NCBI RefSeq assembly: GCF_001194135.2
Contig: NC_069004.1
Location: forward strand, 1,663,001-1,695,549
Origin: Octopus bimaculoides
Lineage: Eukaryota
Direction: 5' to 3'
Length of the DNA: 32,549 bases
Shown here piece after piece: positions 23,679 through 32,549 of the stretch (the stretch's first letter is position 1; every line of letters starts with the position of its first letter). A model generated the notes under the pieces. That model worked only from the letters and a program-made list of their open reading frames with translations. It was not told where the DNA came from and made no database searches. Position numbers and translations under genes: made by a program.

Positions 23679-24016
23679 CTGCAGAAGAATTGACAAGAAG
23701 AATTCCCTCTTTAAAATAGCATATTTTCCAATGTATTAGATGTGCCTTTTTTTATTTTTAACAGTATCAAAACATTGCCCTGTGTGTGTCTAATGTCTCA
23801 TGCAGCTGTATTACAGATGGAAGACTAAGTACCACAGGCTAAGGGGTCAGGTAAACATATGTCTGTTAGACGTGAAAAAACATTCGAGCGAGGTCGTTGT
23901 CAGTGCCACTAGACTGGCTCCTGTGCAGGTGGCACGTAAAAAACACCACTTGAGCATGGCCGTTGTCCTGTGTATGTGTGTGTGTGTGTGTATATCTCTC
24001 TCTCGCTCTCTTTCTT

Positions 24017-24066
<50 letters not shown>

Positions 24067-24080
24067 ATGGAGAAATTATA

Positions 24081-24440
24081 TTAGGTTGGCAACTAAGTTC
24101 CCGCGGTTTTTTTTTAATTTAAATTTTTTTTAAAGTTTAATAAAAAATAACAACTAATTAATCAATAATGTATTCGCCCTTGTTGTTTACAACTTTTTCC
24201 CATCGTTCAACAATATTTTCAATACCTCGTTGCTAGAAATCACCCGATTTCGACTCGAAAAAATTGATCCAACCAAGCTCTCAATTCTGCATCAGTATTG
24301 AACGAAACTCTGTGCATAGCATTTGAAAGAGATCGAAAGAGGTGGAAACCCATTGGTGCCAAATCGGGAGAGTACAGCAGGTGTGGCAGCACTTCCCAGC
24401 CATGCATTTGAATAGCTTCCTTGGTCATATTGGTTTCGCA
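24081..24440 (-). mobile_element. 5'-truncated mariner with intact 3' TIR, in the Parkin-like intron
   Basis: TKEAIQMHGWEVLPHLLYSPDLAPMGFHLFRSLSNAM...ELRAWLDQFF, then a frameshifted RGIENIVERWEKVVNNKGEYII. TA at 24079-24080 followed by TIR ttaggttggcaactaagttcccgcgg. Confidence 0.92.
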
Positions 24441-24495
24441 CTCACATAAGAAATCTGTCACAAACCTGAAATAGTTAGCAAATAAATACTCTTAC

Positions 24496-24573
24496 CAGGT
24501 CGCTTCCTTCAACTGGTTCTCGGCCACATGGTCCATTATGTGCCTCATTGGAACACTGACGGCAGAACTTGTG
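24496..24573 (-). CDS. PRKN: Parkin-like, exon equivalent to PRKN exon 10 (IBR second half)
   Basis: cctacag acceptor, gtaaga donor, 78 nt, phase 0 to 0. HKFCRQCSNEAHNGPCGREPVEGSDL vs human FAFCRECKEAYHEGEC. Confidence 0.9.
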
Positions 24574-24774
24574 CTGTAGGAAGAAAAAAAACCCAAAAAA
24601 ACATCACTAATTGTTAATTGGTAACCACCAGATTGATTAAATTATAATTATTGACATAGAAAGAGACAAATAATCAAAATATACATTGCGTGGTACCTTG
24701 GGACAAGCGCCTTCTATTTATAGCCCCAAGTTAGCAGAGTGGCAGACAGAAACTGATAGAAGCCCATTGTGTGA

Positions 24775-24811
<37 letters not shown>

Positions 24812-24865
24812 GTCATCCCATAAATAATGTTTGTTTTCAATTGCCTGAACTAAAGGTCGAATGAA

Positions 24866-24950
24866 CATACATACATACATACATACATACATACATACAT
24901 ACATACATACATACATACATACATACATACATACATACATACATACATAC
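24866..24950. repeat. (ACAT)n microsatellite
   Basis: Read directly. Confidence 0.95.
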
Positions 24951-25103
24951 GCACGCACTCACACATATACACACATCTAAAGGACTCTGATAGAGATTTC
25001 ACCCACACGGCTTTGGTCAACCTGAGAGTATGGTGGAAGACATCTTAAGCACCAAGATCACAGCCAGAACTATATTAAAACAAGGGGAGCAAAAAATACT
25101 CAC

Positions 25104-25238
25104 CTGACAGCGGTAACAGGTAATATCAGTGACATTTAGATCAGCCTCGAAACACTCTTTGCAATGAGGGTTCGGGCAGTAGACTGAATAAGTATTTTGA
25201 AGATAAGCCCTTGTTGCCTGGCTCTGGTATTCTTCATA
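25104..25238 (-). CDS. PRKN: Parkin-like, exon equivalent to PRKN exon 9 (IBR first half)
   Basis: tttacag acceptor, gtgagt donor, 135 nt, phase 0 to 0. YEEYQSQATRAYLQNTYSVYCPNPHCKECFEADLNVTDITCYRCQ; IBR Cys spacing kept. Confidence 0.9.
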
Positions 25239-25409
25239 CTGTAAAGAAACAATTAGGAATGTTAATCAAAGGACCTCTGAAAATAATTTATAAATCAAAA
25301 TAGTTATCTATGTATCATATTTAATGTAAGTACATTGCTGAAAAGTAATTTATTGCTGAGGTCATCCACAGTTAACATCTCTAGTGGAGATGCTGTGTTT
25401 AAAAGCACA

Positions 25410-25500
25410 ATATATATTGGGGGCAGGGCAAAAATATATTGGGGGCAGGGCAAAAATATATTGGGGGCAGGGCAAAAATATATTGGGGGCAGGGCAAAAA
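25410..25500 (+). repeat. 22-bp G-rich minisatellite, 4 copies (aaaaatatattgggggcagggc)
   Basis: Period of 22 read directly from positions 25417, 25439, 25461, 25483. Confidence 0.92.
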
Positions 25501-26369
25501 TCAACTCAGCAGCAACTAATGAAAATGCTAGATGTATTTCAGCCTTGTTGGGTGTTGTCAGTGGCAAATACTCACAGAGAGCCACATTGTAATAACAATT
25601 CCTTGATGATGTAAGCACCATAAACAGTGAAGTACTTAAGTAATTATAATGCAAACACAAATTAGATAAACTCTTTAAAACTCTTTTTGAAATGGAAAGA
25701 GCACACAAGGATGTTATTGGTCAAAGTAGCTTTAAAAGAGAAATATACGGCTTAGGTGGTTGGTCTAATAATTTCAAGTGGATCCACTAGGATACAGTTA
25801 AACAGCCAATGGCAGGTGGTCATGTGATCTTGAGTCTACTTCTATTCTGGCTCTTGAATGCATGTCTTAACTTTTACTTCTGGCTTTGTGAAAAACATAG
25901 GCCCAGCATTTATAACCAGCCGGCAATGACTGCACTAGAATTAAGTGTTGAAAGTTAATTATACACTTGTCAGTTGTGACTTACCACTTGGAAGTTAATT
26001 ACAGCTCTAACTTCCATGTACGTGTGATGTGTGCATGTGCACATGAATGGATGTGCATGTGGTTGCTCTGCAATCATTTGAACATGTGACATGTGGCACC
26101 CATTGCACCTGTACAGGTAACGTCAATCTGATGGAGCGAGTGAGCCTATGGCTCGATGGAGGGGAACGTGGCTGCAGCAATGTGGAGTGTAGAGAGAAAG
26201 ATGGAAGCAAACAAGACACCTTGGTCACCCACTGCATCCGTTTCCATCCCCAGCAGCACAGTTTTAATGCAATGGATGAACACCACAACATCATTGCCAG
26301 CTCAAATTCATATTTAAGATAAAAGAAAACAAAAAAAGAAAAGCATCAACAAGTCACATATATATTTAC

Positions 26370-26431
26370 CTTGACGTCTCCAAGAATTCGAAAATGGTGA
26401 GCTTCCTGGATGAAGGAGTGGTCACAGTGAG
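26370..26431 (-). CDS. PRKN: Parkin-like, exon equivalent to PRKN exon 8 (end of RING1)
   Basis: ttcttcag acceptor, gtaaat donor, 62 nt (same length as human exon 8), phase 1 to 0. HCDHSFIQEAHHFRILGDVK vs human [20 protein letters not shown]. Confidence 0.92.
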
Positions 26432-26479
26432 CTGAAGAAGGATTTGAAAGAGAATGGAATAAGATGAAGTAGCAAGTAA

Positions 26480-26590
26480 TGGTGGCGGCGGCGGCGGTGC
26501 TAATGAAGGTGGTGGTGGTGGTGGTGGTGGTGGTGGTGGTGATGTAGATAGTGGTGGGGTGTGCTGTAGGTGACGGTGGTAGTGGTGGTT
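26480..26590. repeat. (GGT)/(GGC)n tract upstream of the Parkin-like exon 8 acceptor
   Basis: Read directly; gives a spurious poly-Pro ORF. Confidence 0.9.
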
Positions 26591-26705
26591 GAGAATAACA
26601 GGAGGGGTGGTCATGACTAGAACGTCTTTGACCAGATCACAGGCCATACATGGAGGAGATTAGATGTTAATATAGATTGAAATTATTTTTTTATTTATCT
26701 ATTTA

Positions 26706-27111
26706 TATGATTGTTTCATATAGAAAGACAATAAATTCATTTTAAGAATCTGGATTGTCAAAAAGTATTCTTCAGTAGCAAAAATTAAAGAAAGGACAAA
26801 AAAACCCCCAGCTAAAAAGACATTAGAATTACTTAGGTGTGGTGTTTGTAATGTGTAACTGTTCTTAGAGTCATTTCTATTTAAAACAAGGTTAAAGGGT
26901 CTCAGTCGGGTGTTGATATATATAAAAAAATTAATAAGGGTTACGTTCTCTCTATAGATTAGTACAAACTTTACAAACACCATACCTATGTAATTCCAAT
27001 GTCTTTTTAGCTTTTTTTCACCTTTCTTTAAATTTTTGCGACTGATGAATATTTTTTGACAACCCAGATTCATAAAATGAATTTATTGTCTTTCTGTATG
27101 AAACGATCATA
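26706..27111. mobile_element. MITE-like element with about 90-bp terminal inverted repeats
   Basis: 26706-26795 is the reverse complement of 27021-27111 with about 7 substitutions and 1 indel. TA at both termini; non-coding interior. Confidence 0.75.
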
Positions 27112-27508
27112 CAGCTACATGAATAAAAAATAATTTCAATTCATGAAAACGATAAATGTCGTCCTTTCAAAGCCTAGCCAGGCTCATGGGCCTGGTTTCC
27201 CAGTTTCTATGGCATGTGAGTTCCCCCTCCCCCCAGCTGGACGGGACACCAGTCCATCGCAAATTTCAATCCATATTAACATCTAATCTACTCCATTTAT
27301 GCAAATTATGATTGAATTTGTTGAACTCTGTTTTATAAGTTAAATCATATACTTAATATACTTATATAAATTGTCATATCTAAGCTAATTTACACCTGTA
27401 AATTAAATTAAAGTATGAAGAAACAGCATTAGAAATCTTTGGAAAACTATTCTAATTTGAGCCCAAAACCACATGATTAGAAACGTCTTAATTATACAGC
27501 CATGCCTG

Positions 27509-27683
27509 NNNNNNNNNNNNNNNNNNNNNNNNNNNNNNNNNNNNNNNNNNNNNNNNNNNNNNNNNNNNNNNNNNNNNNNNNNNNNNNNNNNNNNNNNNNN
27601 NNNNNNNNNNNNNNNNNNNNNNNNNNNNNNNNNNNNNNNNNNNNNNNNNNNNNNNNNNNNNNNNNNNNNNNNNNNNNNNNNNN
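27509..27683. other. Assembly gap (175 N), candidate location of the missing RING1 exon
   Basis: N run. Other gaps: 1684-1693, 2429-2869, 3551-3935, 4378-4387, 8910-9550, 14519-14758, 15367-15763, 20232-20754, 28225-28262. Confidence 0.6.
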
Positions 27684-27809
27684 AATAGACAAGAGACTAC
27701 CCCTCCCCTGGTATCATGATATCAGCATCCTGTTTAAAATGACTAAAATTAATCCTTTTAAGACCAACCTGTCTAACACCATCCTGAGTTCTGTGATACA
27801 AACATCCGG

Positions 27810-27909
27810 TTTTAAAGTGCTCTGAATTAAAATCTTTTAAAGTGCTCTGAATTAAAATCTTTTAAAGTGCTCTGAATTAAAATCTTTTAAAATGCTTTGA
27901 ATAAAAATT
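27810..27909 (+). repeat. 25-bp minisatellite, 3 exact copies plus 1 degenerate (ttttaaagtgctctgaattaaaatc)
   Basis: Read directly. Confidence 0.9.
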
Positions 27910-28804
27910 TCATGTTAATTTATATTCCAAATGTCAGCTTAATAATGAGGAATTTATTTTGCTAAATTCTTCACCATTTTCAAAATTTACTTCATTAGAA
28001 TTTCAACATCAGCAACAGGGTATACATGTATGTATACATGTATGTATATGTGCAGATGTGTATGATTTGCTTTATGCGTGCATTTTCGTGCATATAGTTG
28101 CATGCCTAAATACGCTCGTATATACTTAGATGATAAATTTCTGGCAAGTTTTGTATGTATGTATGTATGTATGTATGCATACATATGTGGGTGGGTGTGT
28201 GCGTGTGTATCTTTGTGTTTATGTNNNNNNNNNNNNNNNNNNNNNNNNNNNNNNNNNNNNNNCCCCCCCCATTACTACTTCACAAGTGGTACTGGTTTGT
28301 TTATGGTCGCCTAACCTACAGGTTCAGCCCTGGATAATTGTCAGACTTTAAATTGTACCGGCAATGAAAAGAGTAAGGGAGACAACTCTAAAATTCAAAC
28401 ATTGGAACTTGGAGAACCTGGAAGGCAAAATACACAAGATTAGAGAGGACTTTATGATTCCAGTCAAAGTATTAATAAGACTATGGTTAAAGAATGTTTA
28501 AAGAATGGTTAAAGAAAAAACATTGTTGTATCCACAGCTACACCAGCAGCATAACTGGGCATGCAGTCTGGGCTCAGCAGCCCTGAGGCTATGCTGGGGC
28601 ACCTGCAAGGGAGACAAACAAGGAAAGGAAGAATGCCAAGGATAAACTTCGACAGACTGTCAGTGCTTGCGAAGCGACCAAGGGTAAGGGTGCCGACCCC
28701 CAAATGTAAATTGGGTCAGAAGAGAAAGCAGGGCCTCCCAACACTATACAACCTTGAAAGGTGGTCAAACAAAGGGAGAGACAATATCAAACTTAAATTC
28801 CTAG

Positions 28805-28922
28805 ATATGGCTCTGTGGTAAGAAGTCTGCTTCCCAACCACATGGTTCCAGGTCCAGTCCCACTGTGTAGTACCTTGGCCGAGTGTCTTCTAGTATAGCC
28901 TCAGGCCAACCAAAGCCTTGTG
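28805..28922 (+). mobile_element. SINE family B head and core
   Basis: tggctctgtggtaagaag (A box)...ggttccaggtccagtccc...gagtgtcttctagtatagcctcaggccaaccaaagccttgtga. Confidence 0.85.
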
Positions 28923-29084
28923 ATTTTTTACATTTTGCATTAATGCAGATATGTAAGTAATTCATTATTAAATATAATAATATATATTATTTACATGTTT
29001 TTAAGCTATGAAACAATTTGTCATGATATTGAAATTTTCTTCTAGCTGAATAAAATTTCCTCAAAGTAATTCTCTGTCATTTAT

Positions 29085-29085
<1 letters not shown>

Positions 29086-29121
<36 letters not shown>

Positions 29122-29348
29122 GCGCGCGCGCATTTATGTGTGCCTTTGTGCCTGTGTTTGCACCCCCTCCGGTGTTGACAACCGGTGTTGGTGTGTTTAC
29201 ATCCCCGTAACTGAGTGGTTCAGCAATACAATAAGTATCAGGATAAAAAAAAGAATAAGGAGGTCAATTTCTTTGACTAGAACCCTTCAAGACAGTGCCC
29301 CAGCATGGCCACAGTCAAATGACTGAAATAAGTAAAAGAATTAAAAGA
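29086..29348 (+). mobile_element. SINE 3' module (TG tract, then ...ccccagcatggccacagtcaaatgactgaaa...aaaagaa)
   Basis: The same module recurs in reverse at about 15243-15366, 21595-21700 and 21795-21995. Confidence 0.75.
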
Positions 29349-29508
29349 ACAGGTTATTAAGGGTTGCAAAGACACAAAAGCTAAGGGTTTCAACCCCTGA
29401 CAGTTAATTGGCTCAGAAGTTTAAGGCCTCTAAACTCTTAGGGGACAGGAATATTCATTCATCCATTCATTCAATAAGACAACAAAATTAGAGAATGAAC
29501 CAACTTAC

Positions 29509-29615
29509 AAGTCTCCTTCGCAGGTTATGCAGGAATAATGTTGAGAATTATTAAAGATGTGTTTCAATAAAACTGAATTTTTCTTTGGATGTTTACGGCA
29601 GTAAAATTCATATTT
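29509..29615 (-). CDS. PRKN: Parkin-like RBR E3 ligase, exon equivalent to human PRKN exon 6 (end of RING0, start of RING1)
   Basis: ttctag acceptor, gtaagt donor, 107 nt, phase 0 to 2. Translates KYEFYCRKHPKKNSVLLKHIFNNSQHYSCITCEGD, aligning with human EFFFKCGAH...ITCITCTDVR; CITC retained. Confidence 0.85.
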
Positions 29616-29652
29616 CTAGAAAAAAAGATAAAAGAAAATCCTATATATATAT

Positions 29653-29750
29653 ATCTATATATATAAAACTGAGAATGTGTGTCTGTCTGTATGTGTGAAT
29701 CCCTAAAACTCGAGAACTACCCAACCGATTTCATTCAGATTTTACTCGTT
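29653..29750 (+). mobile_element. Helitron-like 5' terminus fragment
   Basis: a|tctatatatataaaactgagaatgtgtgtctgtctg...ctcgagaactacccaaccgatttcattcagatttt matches the layout of non-autonomous Helitron 5' ends. No 3' CTRR end found. Confidence 0.45.
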
Positions 29751-30312
29751 GTAATGTGATATAATATTGTTTCACTTTTATTCTTTCACTTTTAATTCTA
29801 ATCTGATAACACACTAAGATCATCTTATTTTACACATTTACCGTTCAATTACCAGTTAATAATTATCACAGCAGCTGCAAGATTGCAAGCTATTTACAGT
29901 TACATATTAACCCTTAATTTAACATTTAATACATATGCTTAATCTATATATATTAAGAAATTTATCTATAATAATTATTGTGGCATTTACCGTTAAATTA
30001 GCAGTTCATACATGTGCTTCTATTTGGTTCATTTGCTTATATTTGATTCATTTACACTACATACAGAAATAAAAACATACAACTGCTTACAAAAATGGAG
30101 ATCAATGTATAATAGTATCACACCCCACGAGTGTCAACATATAATTTTTTTTCGTTTCCATTAAAATAATATAACCTTTTAGAGAGATAATCTTTCTATA
30201 CTCAAATAGAGTACAAGACATTTTATACCATGATAATGACAACGTCACACTTTGTATATGTGTGTGTATGTGTCTGTCAGTGTATGAGTGAGTGTATGAG
30301 CGTGCATGTGTC

Positions 30313-30362
<50 letters not shown>

Positions 30363-30394
30363 TCCACATTCAATGACATCGCATTTTGTATATG

Positions 30395-30672
30395 AGTGTC
30401 TATGTGTCTATGGCATGTAAAAAGCACCATTTTGAGTGTGGCCAATGCCAGTACCGCCTGACTTGCCTTTGTGCTGGTGGCATGTAAAAGCACCGACTAC
30501 ACTCTCGGAGTGGTTGTCGTTAGGAAGGGGATCCAGCTGCAGAAACTTTGCCAGATCAGCTGGGAGCCTGGTGCAGCCTTCTGGCTCGCCAGTTCCATGT
30601 CAAACCGTCCAACCCATGCCAGCATGGAAAACGGACGTTAAACGATGATGATGATGATGATGATGATGATGA
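30395..30672 (+). mobile_element. SINE family D 3' half with (GAT)n tail
   Basis: gccagtaccgcctgac...tgtaaaagcacc...gttaggaagggg...aacccatgccagcatggaaaacggacgttaaacgatgatgat; a related reverse piece lies at 23865-23970. Confidence 0.8.
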
Positions 30673-30809
30673 CTATATCGGTCAATGCATGGATTTATTA
30701 GATAAAATAAATGCAACTGCATATGAGTAGAACAAAGATTGTCAACAATTTTTTTTAAGTCAATTTTTTAAAAATATATTTGCTTTCATTGAGGTTGTAT
30801 TTATTTAAG

Positions 30810-31265
30810 AACCGGTTCGGCAAAATTCAAAGAGCAGTTACCTTTGTTGATAACAAAGGGATTCTCCCTCAGAGTGGAAGCCAGATTGTATGACGCTTGT
30901 GTATGGACAGCTATGTTACGTGGCAGTGAAATATGGGCAGTGACTGCAGAAGACATGCAAAGGACGTGCAACGTCAAGGTGCATGTACGATGAAGTGTAA
31001 ATGTTTGAAGAGAAAAATTGTGTCTCTGAGGCATCGGATGTTGTGTGCGAGAGAGATGACTGCACTGGTATGATGCATATAGGTGAGGACAGCTGCATAA
31101 GAAAGTGCCAATCTTTAAATGTGACAGGAGCCTCTGGAAGAGGAAGATCCAGGAAGAGGTGTGGGACAAAGTGGTGAGAAACGATCTTCAGATGTTGACC
31201 CTTACAGAAGAGATGACAAAGGATTGAGACAAAGAACAATTTCATCTGCATGGGAAAACTTGTCC
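30810..31265 (+). mobile_element. RTE-clade LINE 3' fragment
   Basis: KFKEQLPLLITKGFSLRVEARLYDACVWTAMLRGSEIWA...GASGRGRSRKR(W)DKVVRNDL across frameshifts. Confidence 0.85.
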
Positions 31266-31364
31266 CCAGCTAGGCAAAATCGAGGCTATAAAGACATGTC
31301 CTTTATATCCATGAACCCCTGTCACCCTGCATGTAATTTTCCCCCACCCCCGCACCCCAACAAA

Positions 31365-31512
31365 CCTCCTTCAACAGGTGCCACATGTCAGATGTCAAAA
31401 TGATTGCAGAGCAACATGAAAGAAAATGCTTTGCTCAAGATTCAATGCCACGCCCGGTCTGAGAATCGAACACACGATCTCATAATCATGAGTGCAAATC
31501 CTAACCACTAAA

Positions 31513-31515
<3 letters not shown>
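31365..31515 (-). mobile_element. SINE family C fragment
   Basis: gctttgctcaaga...gagaatcgaac...taaccactaa is the rc of the family C head and core. Confidence 0.7.
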
Positions 31516-31554
<39 letters not shown>

Positions 31555-32154
31555 ATGAATGACCAATGAACAGGAGTTGCATAATAACATTAATAAGTTT
31601 ACATCTGTTTCTGCTATAAGAAGCAGTGCAGTCAGAGCTGAGTGCATGTGTATTCGTGGATTCTGTACTCTCATGATGCTTCATTCTGAAACGTAGAGTT
31701 TCAACATCTGGTTATTAGCATCACTATGCCAAGACAAAAACCTTAAAATACATCTATCTCTATCGTTCTATCTATTTTTTTTTTTCTTTATACTTACTCG
31801 CCACAAAAACCACACACACTTCTGTATCAAGTGCTTTAGATTACATCTTTCTTCTTGGCCATCATTTATTTATTTATCCTTCAAGTCTATCTATTTATCT
31901 AACTTTCAATATGTATTCATTCTAATAACTTTCTTGGCCACTCCTGCAAATGACATAAACTTCTCAGAAGCCTTACCCTACTCAATCACAATATAGAACA
32001 CACTCTAACCATCCCAGAAACACAAGAATAAGCCATTAAGACAGAAGCAAAACTGGTTTTGTCACTGTTGTGTATTTACGTCATCAAAAAATATGTCTTT
32101 CCTTCCAAATATTCTCAGTATCTTCTTTCAGTTTCCAACAACCAAATCCACTTA

Positions 32155-32245
32155 CAAGGCCTTGGACAGCCTGGAGTTTTAGTAGAAGACACTTGCCCAA
32201 GGTACCACACAACAGAACTGAACCCAGAGCCTCATGACTACACAT
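32155..32245 (-). mobile_element. SINE family B fragment
   Basis: tagtagaagacacttgcccaaggtaccacac...gaactgaaccc. Confidence 0.75.
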
Positions 32246-32549
32246 TGTCATCATTTAATATTCATGTCCATATAGTTACAGAATATAACAGGAAAAGCAC
32301 AAAAGACTGGAAATTTATTCCTGGTTTATTAGGTACCGGGGTTTCAAATACGATGACACAACTTTGATAAGAACAGAATGATGTTGAATTCCTCTCTCTA
32401 TGTAGCATTTTAATCAATCAACTATGGGAGCAATTAGATTGTACATAAGTTTGCATTGCAGCATTTTGAGGAATGCTGTCCTGCTTGAAACATATATACC
32501 CGATAACTCATGAATATATCTTCGCTTTTTCGAGATTTTCCTATATATA

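Noticed and set aside
25410-27909. Short tandem arrays considered as possible CRISPR-like repeats
   Set aside because: Units are head-to-tail with no unique spacers, there are no cas genes, and the context is eukaryotic.
28359-28417. Minus-strand 59-nt segment with a good acceptor and the phases (2 to 1) needed for the missing RING1 exon, reading FSKFQCLNFRVVSLTLFIA (FQC echoes human VFQCNSRHVICLDCF)
   Set aside because: It lacks the His and three Cys ligands and is 26 aa too short, while neighbouring exons keep their ligands. Probably chance; RT-PCR would settle it.
31603-31685. Minus-strand segment with splice-like ends and patchy resemblance to PRKN exon 5
   Set aside because: The similarity needs a stop and three frameshifts, and 83 nt does not keep frame; over-fitting.

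Overview
Animal nuclear DNA from a gapped draft assembly (ten N-runs). It is AT-rich and dense in microsatellites and SINEs; the repeat families resemble those of octopod cephalopods (inference, not a database result). Most six-frame ORFs are artefacts of microsatellites or gaps. Reading splice sites by hand gave two convergent spliced genes. (1) Minus strand, 22953-29615: six exons of a divergent Parkin (PRKN)-like RBR E3 ligase. They cover the end of RING0, RING1 flanks, IBR, REP and RING2, with the same intron positions and phases as human PRKN exons 6 and 8-12. The catalytic Cys/His/Glu are kept, but the regulatory K211 and W403 equivalents are replaced. The exon-7 equivalent is not visible (probably in a gap) and the 5' exons were not found. 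(2) Plus strand, 12185-20166: a type I membrane protein with a Cys-rich SUEL/rhamnose-lectin-like exon, a probable CUB-like exon mostly hidden in a gap, a Thr-rich stalk of small phase-1 exons, one TM helix and a roughly 113-aa cytoplasmic tail. The remainder is decayed mobile DNA (two mariners, two RTE LINE pieces, an R4/Dong-like piece, Penelope-like termini with hammerhead-like motifs, a MITE, a Helitron-like end, many SINEs) plus several long inverted repeats.
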